Positions 9,449-18,720 of a stretch of 64,000 nucleotides of DNA are shown here, piece by piece (positions within the stretch are counted from its first letter, which is position 1; the number at the start of each line of letters is the position of its first letter). The position numbers and the translations under genes are program-made. The stretch is from IMG/VR virus record IMGVR_UViG_3300027730_000009, positions 1-64,000 of that record. One strand, given 5' to 3'. The stretch comes from a virus. Under the pieces are notes generated by a model. It worked only from the letters and a program-made list of their open reading frames with translations. It did no database searches and had not been told where the DNA came from.

Positions 9449-9894
9449 AATTTTCCAATCGCGTTTTCTAATGATTTTTTAATTGCAGATGAAAACACTG
9501 ATTTTTCGAATGGTAAATTTTCATCTCTAAGCTCAGCAAAACCCGCTTTAACCGCAAGTTTAGCACTTCCGAATCCTTCATACTTGACACCCTCAATCAC
9601 CACTTCAGTTTTGACCTCTGTAATTTTCTTTTTAATCATAAAAGGACCAATGTTAATACCAACCGAAGGAGCTTTAATTGAAATGATATTAACGAAAACC
9701 GAGGTTCCTTCTTCACACAAACTTAATTTTTCACTGATAAGTTCCTCAGCAATTTGTTTAACTCCAAAGGTAAACCTTTTTGAAGATAAATCAGGGTTTT
9801 CACTTTTATTTTCAACACCTTTAACAGTATAACAAGTTTGTCCAAATAAACCTAAGGACATTATTAAACCAATTGATAATAGGATATTTTTCAT
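9445..9894 (-). CDS. secreted hypothetical protein
   Basis: Signal peptide ending LFG-Q; overlaps both neighbours by 4 bp. Confidence 0.7.
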   Translation of the reverse strand: MKNILLSIGLIMSLGLFGQTCYTVKGVENKSENPDLSSKRFTFGVKQIAEELISEKLSLCEEGTSVFVNIISIKAPSVGINIGPFMIKKKITEVKTEVVIEGVKYEGFGSAKLAVKAGFAELRDENLPFEKSVFSSAIKKSLENAIGKL

Positions 9895-11318
9895 AGTAAT
9901 ATTTTTCCACCTGTTAATATTTGAAATTGGAGAATACTCCCTTGAACTTGATAGACACCTGAAAAACTAACATTGTATTTGAAGTTTTTAGATATCGTAT
10001 AATCCCAAGAACTAAAGGGAACCATCAACCAACCCGAGTCCCACCATTTCCCTTCATAAAATTGAGTAAACGGTGAGTAAACACCAAGAACCAAAAGATT
10101 ACCTGATAAGTTTTTGTTTAATTTAAATGGGTGGAATCCACCACCTACCGCCGAAATATTTGTAAAAGATTCACCACCCAATCCTCCGATAGTAAAATTT
10201 AATCCACCCATAATGGATGTTTTTCCGAATGTTTTTGAATCAAGAGCCGTTGTCGTGTTAAAGAAATTACGCTCAAAATCTATCATTGATGAATTTGCAA
10301 CAATCATAGTGTTTGTTCTTTTTTTATTGGAAAAAGCGCCATATAAGGTTAGATTCGAGTTATTAACTGTTGTGGTATAGTTTAAAAGAACACCTTTAGC
10401 TCTTGTGTTGTTTGTATTAGACTTAGTAACAGACATCGTACCTCTGAACTGATTGGATTTGTCTTCATTAACTCTGATTGCAACAATATCACCAACACCT
10501 ATCAACGAACCAACTTTTGGTTTACCACCACCTTTACCATCTGAACCTGATGATGTGGCTTCTGCGGCATTAGCCACCGAATTAGTCGTACCACCATTAC
10601 CCCCACCCGAAGTTTCATTTTGTACACCAGTAGCATTAGGATTAGTTTGTGCAGATTCTCCCGTTACACCCCGCTGAGTCTGTCCACTTCCCCCTTGAGA
10701 AACCCCAGCTGGTTGGTTATTTGTTCCTCCTTGCGAATTATTTCCTTTTGAAGTTGAAGAACCACCTGATGTATTTCCTCCTTGTTGAGTTCCTCCACCC
10801 TGAGTTGTTGAACCATTTGATGTATTTCCTTGAGTATTATTATTTGTTCCATCTGTTGCCGAATTATTTTGATTATTGGAGGTCGAGTTTGAATTACTAT
10901 TGTTTTTGTTTCCTTCTCTATTGTTTTTTCTTGATGATGTTGAGTTCGATACAGAATTTGCGACAGCATTAGAGGCTGTCATTGTGGAAGAGGCCGTGAT
11001 ACTTGTTAATGTAGAAATTAAATTTTGAGTAATAAACATATTTTGAGAAACTTGTGTATTAGTTAATAACTCATCACATGGTTGGTTAGCGACCGCCGCT
11101 GTGATTTGATTAACCCACAAATCAAAGTTTCCATTAATAAAATCATTAGATGAAAAACTATTGATATTCCCTAAATAGTTTACTGTTATGGCTTGATTGT
11201 TTGTAACTTGGAGAGTTTTAATCTGTCTGGAACAAGGGTCCACATAAGAATATGTGAACCCCTGTCCAAAAATAATTGTGGACATAACAACAAATAATGT
11301 CGTTATTATCCTTTTCAT
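9891..11318 (-). CDS. secreted protein with N/S/G/T-rich linker and probable outer-membrane beta-barrel C-terminus
   Basis: Signal peptide; ~140-aa low-complexity linker; amphipathic strands with aromatic residues at the C-terminus. Confidence 0.55.
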   Translation of the reverse strand: MKRIITTLFVVMSTIIFGQGFTYSYVDPCSRQIKTLQVTNNQAITVNYLGNINSFSSNDFINGNFDLWVNQITAAVANQPCDELLTNTQVSQNMFITQNLISTLTSITASSTMTASNAVANSVSNSTSSRKNNREGNKNNSNSNSTSNNQNNSATDGTNNNTQGNTSNGSTTQGGGTQQGGNTSGGSSTSKGNNSQGGTNNQPAGVSQGGSGQTQRGVTGESAQTNPNATGVQNETSGGGNGGTTNSVANAAEATSSGSDGKGGGKPKVGSLIGVGDIVAIRVNEDKSNQFRGTMSVTKSNTNNTRAKGVLLNYTTTVNNSNLTLYGAFSNKKRTNTMIVANSSMIDFERNFFNTTTALDSKTFGKTSIMGGLNFTIGGLGGESFTNISAVGGGFHPFKLNKNLSGNLLVLGVYSPFTQFYEGKWWDSGWLMVPFSSWDYTISKNFKYNVSFSGVYQVQGSILQFQILTGGKILL

Positions 11319-11354
11319 TGGTTAGTATCTAAAAATAATTTTCGAGGTAACATA

Positions 11355-12068
11355 TTAACTTTTGAATACCCCTTTTTTTATCATTTTTGTAACCACTCTT
11401 ACCGATGCTGTTTCCAAAGCCTTTTTAGTGGATACCCCAACTGTTGAACGATTAAATGCCGGTCCCTGGATATCACCTAAAACACTTGAGGTTTTGATTG
11501 TAATTGCCCTTCCTTGACCGGAACCTGTAATTACCTCTCCTGTTTCAGAATCAACAAATCTAACTTGTAATCCGAGTTGAGTAATTTGTTTAATTGTCAC
11601 ACCTGAAGTTTCAACTACCTCATCTTCACCCACAGAAAAATCGTACACTTCAATGTAAACAAAATACTTGGCAAGTTTAATCTTACCTTTACCGTCCAAT
11701 TTATTTTCAGTAAATCCTTTATTAGATGCTTTGAATTGCTGAACCATTCTTTCCTTGATTTCAAGTTTGTCCTCAGTAAAAACAAATCTCTCAGTTTCTT
11801 CCAAATATTCTAATACAATATTTGTTACACCAAGTCCAACTCTGGCATCACGAAGTTCAGGATACATTTCGTATACTTCATCATTAATGCCAATTTTAAG
11901 AATTTGAATTGGGATTTGGATTGTGTCTTGATATGGTGGCAATTCATCATGTGTTTTTTTTGCCTCAAATCCTGCAGTGTATTCTTCTGTCTGAATTTTT
12001 GCAATCTGACCACTTAAAGATATTGCGCCTAATAAAAAAAGTGATATAAAAATTTTACCAAGGTGCAT
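11355..12068 (-). CDS. CsgG/HfaB-family protein (start likely ATG 12068)
   Basis: GLGVTNIVLEYLEETERFVFTE...AKYFVYIEVYDF...LQVRFVDSETGEVI..G.G pattern; signal peptide. Confidence 0.7.
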   Translation of the reverse strand: MHLGKIFISLFLLGAISLSGQIAKIQTEEYTAGFEAKKTHDELPPYQDTIQIPIQILKIGINDEVYEMYPELRDARVGLGVTNIVLEYLEETERFVFTEDKLEIKERMVQQFKASNKGFTENKLDGKGKIKLAKYFVYIEVYDFSVGEDEVVETSGVTIKQITQLGLQVRFVDSETGEVITGSGQGRAITIKTSSVLGDIQGPAFNRSTVGVSTKKALETASVRVVTKMIKKGVFKS

Positions 12069-12375
12069 CTTCACTCTCACTTTTATCTTCTTTAACAGGT
12101 TTTTCAACAACTTTAGTTTCTTTAATCACTGTTGTACCCCCACCACTTTGATTAGAATTTTGCGATGAGTTGTCGATGTTAAGAACAATCGGGGCGGGTT
12201 GGGTTGACTGTTGAACTGGAGCTACTTCTTCAGTTTTTACATCTTCCTCTATTCCGAAAAGTTGATTGATATGTGTTGCAACATATGCTCCCGCACCTGT
12301 TACGGCAGTTGTCGCTAATCCTATTAGAGTTTTTTTGATTGTTGACATCCCACCTTCTTGAGTTTCCTCTGACAT
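12055..12375 (-). CDS. single-TM small protein
   Basis: Hydrophobic N-terminal helix and low-complexity tail. Confidence 0.65.
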   Translation of the reverse strand: MSEETQEGGMSTIKKTLIGLATTAVTGAGAYVATHINQLFGIEEDVKTEEVAPVQQSTQPAPIVLNIDNSSQNSNQSGGGTTVIKETKVVEKPVKEDKSESEDAPW

Positions 12376-12416
12376 AATAAATTAATTTAGTTTTGGTTTA
12401 TTGTATTCTTTGGCAT

Positions 12417-12443
12417 CTTGAGGTCTCAAATTGAGACCTCAAG
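12417..12443. repeat. 27-nt palindrome / intercistronic stem-loop
   Basis: CTTGAGGTCTCAA-A-TTGAGACCTCAAG; no U tract on the coding strand. Confidence 0.8.
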
Positions 12444-12445
12444 TT

Positions 12446-14341
12446 TTATTCTGTTTTTGTTGTTCTTTCAACAATTTTCTTTTTTTCAGTATTGAGAATT
12501 GCAACATACTCACCTGCCGCTAAAGAACCTAAATCAAAAGTTTGTTCATAAATTCCAATTGGATAAGTTCCCTCAATTACTTCAAAAACTAACTTACCCC
12601 CTAAATCGTAAACAGCTAAAGTCACATTACTTTTTTCATAAAGTTTAAACCTTGCAGTAACTAAACCATCGGTTGGTGTGGGGAATAAAACCATTTGATT
12701 TTTAACCGATATGTCATTGGGGTCCATCTTTAAAACTTGTAATATACCATCAGTTGGGGTGATTTTTAAATCCTTAGCGTTTTGGTCACCAGCAAACTTT
12801 CTTGTAACATATAAAGGACTTTTATTCCAATCGGATTGAAGTTCATTTGCTGTAAAGTTTAAAGTAAAAAGGATTTCACCATTGTTTACTAAATTTTGAT
12901 TGAATGAAGGGTCATATCCCCCCCACTCAACTTCACCATCATTTGTGTTGATAAATGTCAACCAATAAGAACTCTTCAACTCAGTTACCAAAGATTCAAA
13001 TTCCAATAGGTCACTATCATACTTCATAGCTAATTGCAATGAACCCAAATCGATATCATTTGTTTTTAAAGTTACAGGAACACTTACCAAATCCCCCTCA
13101 TCAACTCCCAATTCAGGAAAATTAACTTCGATGGTCTCAAGGTTATTGTCGTATTCGGTAGTAACATCTATAATGTGTAAGTTAGCATTATTGGGATTAA
13201 CTATTTCGATGGGTGTTAAACGAGCTCTTTTGAATCCTGTTCCGTTAGCATCTCCCATCCCTAAAACATAGTATGTTACAGTATCGGAGGTATTTGGTAG
13301 AATTTCGAATGTGAAGTTAGTTACTCCACCTGTTGAAGAAATAAGGTTTGAAGCTGAACCATCAATTATGTTAAACTGTGCCTCGGTGAAGAATTTCACA
13401 TCTGCAACTGAGTTAATCCATGAAGAGAACCTACCTGATATTCTTCCGTAAATTGCATAAACATCGGATATTGTAATCTGACCATCTCCGTTCACATCAG
13501 AAGCGTGGAAATCAAACCCTGTTGGTGTTTGTTGACCAAGTACATATTGATTCACTCTCTGAGCATCGGCAACAGAAATAATGTTCCCAAAGTTTAAAGT
13601 GTCTCCCTGTACAGCAAGTCTAACATCAAACGCTGTAGTATCAATGTTCACATCGTTAAATGATACCCATCCTTGAAGGTTGCTAGTATCAACACTTACA
13701 GAAGTCCAAGTTGAAGTTGTTTTTAACTTTTTCTCAAGAGCAACACTTACATGTTTAGCGGGTGTACCGGTAACATTCATAAAATTTACATGATATGAAA
13801 AAGTACGAGACAATAACTGACCACCAAAATTTGTGAGGTTCAAAGTAAAGTCATTACCCCCTTGTGAGGTCGCAGTCTCACTGAACACATTACCACCATT
13901 AAATGTTAAATTACCCACATTGAAATAGGTGGTTGACAATGCCGCAGTGTGGTTCAATGTCACTTGAAACAATCCACCGTCAGGTATATCAAATGTATTG
14001 AGACTACCGGTATATGTGAGGGTAATGGTAACATATCCCAAAGCAGGATTATCCTGATATTGGAGATATTGTGAAAAAGTTGTGTTCAAAGAAGTTATGG
14101 TATCAACGGACCCAAAAGCTTGATTATCATAAAACAGTCTAAATTGCACTGCTGTGATATCAGTTCCTGAATTATTGTAAAAACAAAGACCAACATTTGT
14201 TTTACCCGCTGTTGATGTACCAATCTGATAAGTGGAATCTATAGTGATATGAGCTCCGTTTAAAGTTGGTATAGGACACGACTGTGAATATAAATTACTC
14301 ACAAGAATTGTCCCGAAAAAAAGAAATAATAATTTTCTCAT
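12446..14341 (-). CDS. cohesin-dockerin-cohesin protein with T9SS (Por secretion) C-terminal domain
   Basis: Signal peptide; cohesin-like ITAVQFRLFYD and VSVPVTL..LGSLQLAMKYDSDLLEF..GEILFTLNF; DVNGDGQITISD; CTD FPTPT..LAVYDLGGKLV..LAAGEYV. Confidence 0.8.
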   Translation of the reverse strand: MRKLLFLFFGTILVSNLYSQSCPIPTLNGAHITIDSTYQIGTSTAGKTNVGLCFYNNSGTDITAVQFRLFYDNQAFGSVDTITSLNTTFSQYLQYQDNPALGYVTITLTYTGSLNTFDIPDGGLFQVTLNHTAALSTTYFNVGNLTFNGGNVFSETATSQGGNDFTLNLTNFGGQLLSRTFSYHVNFMNVTGTPAKHVSVALEKKLKTTSTWTSVSVDTSNLQGWVSFNDVNIDTTAFDVRLAVQGDTLNFGNIISVADAQRVNQYVLGQQTPTGFDFHASDVNGDGQITISDVYAIYGRISGRFSSWINSVADVKFFTEAQFNIIDGSASNLISSTGGVTNFTFEILPNTSDTVTYYVLGMGDANGTGFKRARLTPIEIVNPNNANLHIIDVTTEYDNNLETIEVNFPELGVDEGDLVSVPVTLKTNDIDLGSLQLAMKYDSDLLEFESLVTELKSSYWLTFINTNDGEVEWGGYDPSFNQNLVNNGEILFTLNFTANELQSDWNKSPLYVTRKFAGDQNAKDLKITPTDGILQVLKMDPNDISVKNQMVLFPTPTDGLVTARFKLYEKSNVTLAVYDLGGKLVFEVIEGTYPIGIYEQTFDLGSLAAGEYVAILNTEKKKIVERTTKTE

Positions 14342-14371
14342 ATTCGAATGTAGATTAATGTACTTATAAAT

Positions 14372-14824
14372 ATGAAAAAATTTCTTTGGTTACCAATTTT
14401 TCTATTAATTAATTTAAAAGTTTGTGGGCAAATTAAAATTGACTTGGTAGGTGATACTTGGGTTCCTCAGGTTGAACAAGCATTAGAACTAATTAAAAAT
14501 ACCGACACTAACACTTATAACTTTGTTTTAAAACATTGTAAAAAAATAAGTTTTTGGAACGGAGAGTTCTCTACTGTAGAGGGTAATTACACCATCACAA
14601 TTTCACAGGGTGATATGAAACTAAATTCCGTTGAAAATATTGCATGCATTTTGGTTCATGAATCAAAACACTTGGAAATTATTCAATCAGGAACATCTTT
14701 TTCTTTATTAAAAGAAGAATATATTTGTTATCTATGGGAACTTCAATTCATTGAAATTCTTCAAGGGGAACCTGAGTGGATAAAAGAAAATTGTCTTAAT
14801 ATGATTTCTAAATTAGAACCATAA
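14372..14824 (+). CDS. secreted HExxH metalloprotease-like protein
   Basis: Signal peptide; ILVHESKH...EEYICY. Confidence 0.6.
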   Translation: MKKFLWLPIFLLINLKVCGQIKIDLVGDTWVPQVEQALELIKNTDTNTYNFVLKHCKKISFWNGEFSTVEGNYTITISQGDMKLNSVENIACILVHESKHLEIIQSGTSFSLLKEEYICYLWELQFIEILQGEPEWIKENCLNMISKLEP

Positions 14825-15015
14825 AAAGGGTTACCTGATTCTATTAATCACAATCTTGACACTCAAATACAACATATTTTCTCCACCATTTCGAAAACAT
14901 AGTATTAGGTAAATTATAAACAACTAATTCTGCCAAAACAAATAAACCCCCCACTAGGAGTGAGAAAACAATTAAGTAAATAAACCACATAATCTTTTTT
15001 TTTATAAATATAATC

Positions 15016-15045
15016 AAAAAACCCCCACTCGGAAAGAGTGAGGGC
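15016..15045 (-). terminator. Intrinsic terminator
   Basis: Minus strand CCCTCACTC-TTTCC-GAGTGGGGG plus TTTTTT. Confidence 0.7.
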
Positions 15046-15166
15046 TGTTGGGCTGTAAGGTCAAAGATTTATTTAAAAGAGTTTTGAGATTATTGATGCT
15101 CCTTTGACGACTTTTAAACTATGTTGATTTGTGACTTTTGACATTCCCATCGAAATCAAACATCCA

Positions 15167-15238
15167 CTACTTAGTGTTTAATGTAGGTTGAACCTTCGCC
15201 GCCTCAGCAATACTCAAAAAATACTCATTCCAATTCAT
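15167..15238 (-). pseudogene. possible dCMP deaminase N-terminal remnant
   Basis: MNWNEYFLSIAEAAK resembles the WDEYFM.IA start of dCMP deaminases; stop after 23 codons. Confidence 0.3.
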
Positions 15239-15446
15239 CACAAGAACTTATCTTATAAATCAGACCCTTTGAACCATCGGCGTGAATCTGTTTTTCTTTT
15301 TCATTGACCAAAATTAAATTCGTAAACTTACATTTAAAACGAGGTTCGTATTCTTGAATCAAGATTAAACGAGACACCGTACCAATAAAGAGTTCCCCCC
15401 TTGTTGAGTAATGAATATATCGGTCTCCTTCTTTCCAATCAAACAT
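15225..15446 (-). CDS. hypothetical protein
   Basis: 73-aa ORF with upstream TATATTTG. Confidence 0.55.
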   Translation of the reverse strand: MFDWKEGDRYIHYSTRGELFIGTVSRLILIQEYEPRFKCKFTNLILVNEKEKQIHADGSKGLIYKISSCDELE

Positions 15447-15501
15447 TTCAATTTGTTTTACTTCACAAATATACTATTTATTTTTTATAAAGTCAAAAAC
15501 T

Positions 15502-15645
15502 ATGTCAATAATTAATTGGGAACTCCACTCAAAATTAAAAAAGAAAAAAAGATTAACCTATTCAAAAGAAATTATTACAATTGATGATTTGAGTGTGTGG
15601 GGTAAGATAAAAAAGTTTTTTAAGGAACTTCTCTTTAAGAAGTAA
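15502..15645 (+). CDS. small basic protein (47 aa)
   Basis: Hand-translated MSIINWELHSKLKKKKR...FFKELLFKK; TATTTAT upstream. Confidence 0.45.
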   Translation: MSIINWELHSKLKKKKRLTYSKEIITIDDLSVWGKIKKFFKELLFKK

Positions 15646-15660
15646 TTCACTTATCTTTTC

Positions 15661-15753
15661 AAGGTCCAAAGGTGGCCGGTCGTCCCACGGATGTAGATTA
15701 GTGTATTACCGGATTCTCTTAACTGAGATAAAGGGGACTTTGGTCCCCTTTTT
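15661..15753 (+). ncRNA. candidate structured small RNA or attenuator ending in a strong terminator
   Basis: GC-rich island: CCGGT/ACCGG stem, TCTC/GAGA hairpin, terminator AAGGGGAC-TTTG-GTCCCCTT-TTT. Confidence 0.45.
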
Positions 15754-15767
15754 AAAAAAAATTATGT

Positions 15768-16394
15768 ATGTCATTATACAATGCAAATATCCCGAGTTTT
15801 AAAGGTTTCGTAAGAAAATCTTTTTTTACCAAAAATGAAAGCGATTACAACGATTTTTACAATGTTTATGTTTTTGCAATACAATCAATTTCAGGAAAAA
15901 TTCTAACTTTCCACGTGATGACAGATGACGGTATGGTTAGAAGTAGGATACCACTTTCTGAGGTTTATACAAAAATTCCTACAAATGATATTCCTTTCAA
16001 TTTTAAACAACTTTGGGATTGTTTTAGTGAGAATGTCTCGATAATAGATTACGATTTTTTAGCCTATCACAGGGCTCAAATAGTTCTGAGAGATGGAAAC
16101 AAAGTTTGGGGAACATATATTTTTACTGTTGATTGGTATAACAATCCCTACAGTGATGAACCTTCAGATTACAAATGTGGTCATGTATTTGAATCCGACG
16201 AAGGATATCTTCTTTGTATGCCAAACAACAGGATATTTTGGAAGGATTCCAACTGGGTAACCAAGAAATTACCTGAAGATTTGAAACAATTCAAAGTTGA
16301 TACTGACTTACCTTCGGTGGAAAATCTATCAGATAGATGGGTGACTGAAGATGGTGATTCTTTTTACTATACTATAGAAGAACTAAAAGATTAA
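15768..16394 (+). CDS. conserved aquatic-phage hypothetical protein
   Basis: QLWDCFS, YIFTVDW, KCGH, PNNRI motifs recalled from other phages; function unknown. Confidence 0.75.
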   Translation: MSLYNANIPSFKGFVRKSFFTKNESDYNDFYNVYVFAIQSISGKILTFHVMTDDGMVRSRIPLSEVYTKIPTNDIPFNFKQLWDCFSENVSIIDYDFLAYHRAQIVLRDGNKVWGTYIFTVDWYNNPYSDEPSDYKCGHVFESDEGYLLCMPNNRIFWKDSNWVTKKLPEDLKQFKVDTDLPSVENLSDRWVTEDGDSFYYTIEELKD

Positions 16395-17932
16395 AAATAT
16401 CTAATTTTAGCACCCTTCATAAACTTATTATAGTTTGGACCCTTTGTAATAATTTGGTTTCTACCAACCCTTTTGAAATCAATAATACCCGCACCAGTTA
16501 TGGCTTGAAAAAAAGTTGATAGATATCCCCTTGGAACAATTTTACTACCAGTTGAGGTGGATATAAAATCATTATCCTGTTTTTGAAGAATATTTGTCCC
16601 CAAAAAAAAGTCTACTTTGTCGGTTTTTTTTCCTGAATCCAACCAATCAGTAAGTTTTTTGATTAGACCTCTATCTCGGAATTTAAAAGAATATCCCTTA
16701 TTTTCTGTTGGAACCAAAATTTCATTTTGACCAATTAAATTATTCAAAAAGTTTTGATTGCTTCGCACTGTGTAAAATATTCGGTCAAAAAGTTTTCGGA
16801 AAAATACTCTTTTTAACTCCTCAGAGGACTGCCCTATTACATTGTTCAACATAACAAATTCTTTACCCCCCAATTCAATCATATCAACCTTTGGTTCAGT
16901 AACAACAATATTAAAATTACAAACAGACCGGGAACATTTCAGATTTATATCCAAAATGTAGTCTCCAATTATTTTTTCATTTCCGTCCTTATTTTGTAAG
17001 ACTATACATTTAACTTTGGCAGTTGAAGGTTCAATGGTATCTTTGACATTAAAATTAATAATTAAATCGATTGCAGGTTTTCCTGATAACAATTGTTTTT
17101 CAAAACTGACGCCATAATTTTTTGTAAAAATTTCAGATAAAAAAGGGCTTACTCGTTCAAATTTTTCAAAATCAGAATCTATACTTACAAGAGCATCGCC
17201 ATAGGCAGAGGTTAAAAGTTCAATTTCATTTTCACCCATTTCTCGGTCTGTAGCATCGTACCAATTATCAATACCATCATTGTCCCTGTAAAGTGCAACT
17301 TTGTAGAACTTATTTGATGAATCAACACCCTTAGTAATAAAATAATATAGTGAACCAGTTTCGTTGTAATTATCAAAATGAGTTGAAGTTGATTTAGATG
17401 ATGTACACCATCTTGTTCCTGCGCCATAAACACAAGACGCTTCGTATGTCTTTGGTCTTACGACTAAAACCCTTTCGTTTTCATATATCTTTTCAACTTC
17501 TTTTTCACCCTTTTTTTTATTGAATTTTTCGCGAATTTCGTCAGTTTCTTTTAAAAAATAGAATAAATCATTATCGGCATATTTTTTAAATTCTTGGTAC
17601 TTATATTTTTTATTATGTATATCGAAAAATTTGAGAGCCTCCACAAAACGGTCAATTTCATCCCTTTTTTCGATTATGTACCTTTTGGCAATTTCAAAAC
17701 TTAAAGGTTGTATATCTTCCTGAGATATGTTCCAATCGCGATAATAATTTCTTAAAATATCATCCAAATACTTAAAATTGGTATCAATAATAAATAAATC
17801 GGTTATTAGATAATCATAAATTGAACCTAAAGCACCACCACTCAAGTACTCTTTTACCAACTTTTTTTCTGCGAGTATTGGTATAATGTATTTTGATAAA
17901 ATTTCTTCTTTTCTCCCTTCGCTCAGTATCAT
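16391..17932 (-). CDS. AxCxYG..T(K/R)WC domain protein, paralogue 2
   Basis: VLVVRPKTYEASCVYGAGTRWCTSS..HFDNYNETGSLYY. Confidence 0.75.
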   Translation of the reverse strand: MILSEGRKEEILSKYIIPILAEKKLVKEYLSGGALGSIYDYLITDLFIIDTNFKYLDDILRNYYRDWNISQEDIQPLSFEIAKRYIIEKRDEIDRFVEALKFFDIHNKKYKYQEFKKYADNDLFYFLKETDEIREKFNKKKGEKEVEKIYENERVLVVRPKTYEASCVYGAGTRWCTSSKSTSTHFDNYNETGSLYYFITKGVDSSNKFYKVALYRDNDGIDNWYDATDREMGENEIELLTSAYGDALVSIDSDFEKFERVSPFLSEIFTKNYGVSFEKQLLSGKPAIDLIINFNVKDTIEPSTAKVKCIVLQNKDGNEKIIGDYILDINLKCSRSVCNFNIVVTEPKVDMIELGGKEFVMLNNVIGQSSEELKRVFFRKLFDRIFYTVRSNQNFLNNLIGQNEILVPTENKGYSFKFRDRGLIKKLTDWLDSGKKTDKVDFFLGTNILQKQDNDFISTSTGSKIVPRGYLSTFFQAITGAGIIDFKRVGRNQIITKGPNYNKFMKGAKIRYF

Positions 17933-17933
17933 C

Positions 17934-18689
17934 TTATACCAAATTTGTACCTGTAATTTTTTCGATTTTTTCAGCCGAGGATGAAATCAATTTATTATTA
18001 GAGTTTTTTCTATCTTGTAAACCAATTTTCATTAATTTTTCGGTGTCAGTAACTCCTTTTTCTACTTGCGAATTAATACTCTTAGCAAATTGATTAAACC
18101 ACCCCGGTCCATTCCATGTTGCATAGATAAAATGGGTAAGTAAACCTTCATCACTTTGAACGATTTTTTTAGCCTCAGAAGTCAAATATCTATCAGCAAA
18201 TTTGTTAAAATTGTTTTTAATCATCCGAGAGGCCAAATTCTTCAAAGGACCTTCTAAATTACCCCCCTTGTGAAGCCAAGGCCATTTTTTCGATGCATTA
18301 GCGGCATCAATCAATCCCCAAAATTGTCTACCCTCTGAGGAAGTGTTAATTTCCGCCCCGTGTTTTCTGTCGATACCAAACATAGTTTCACCTGAATCTC
18401 CCATAGAACGACTACCTTTGGGGAATCCTCTACCACCTTTGACCATTATAGGATGGAAATACCCACCTTCGATTTCATCAATGAGTTGTCCTGCAATTTT
18501 TTCAAAGGAACCAATATTGTCCTCTAATTTTTTTGGTTTTTTTTCATCCTCGTCATCGTCTCCAAAAAATATACTTTTTAGTCCTGAAGACATGTAATCA
18601 TATAATGCATCACCCCAAGACTGATTCTGTTCTTGTAGGTTCATTAATTTTTTTTGTCGGAGGATTTCCTCTCTTAATACTTTTTTCAT
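17934..18689 (-). CDS. glycoside hydrolase family 108-like lysozyme with leader peptide
   Basis: EIEGGY...DSGETMFGI; leader MKKVLREEILRQKKLMNL; TATTTATA upstream. Confidence 0.6.
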   Translation of the reverse strand: MKKVLREEILRQKKLMNLQEQNQSWGDALYDYMSSGLKSIFFGDDDEDEKKPKKLEDNIGSFEKIAGQLIDEIEGGYFHPIMVKGGRGFPKGSRSMGDSGETMFGIDRKHGAEINTSSEGRQFWGLIDAANASKKWPWLHKGGNLEGPLKNLASRMIKNNFNKFADRYLTSEAKKIVQSDEGLLTHFIYATWNGPGWFNQFAKSINSQVEKGVTDTEKLMKIGLQDRKNSNNKLISSSAEKIEKITGTNLV

Positions 18690-18720
18690 AAGATATTATC
18701 ATATAAATATCTTTTAGACT

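Noticed and set aside
11355-12110. Complete curli (csg) system
   Set aside because: No CsgA/CsgB curlin repeats or recognisable CsgE/F; only a CsgG-family fold is supported.
15068-15238. TAG stop-codon recoding
   Set aside because: Read-through would extend this one stub, but conserved genes are intact in code 11 and several end at TAG (e.g. 2313, 28339).
15671-15740. HDV-like (theta) ribozyme
   Set aside because: Pseudoknot order is reminiscent, but the UCC-type L3/P1.1 and the catalytic C in J4/2 are not evident.
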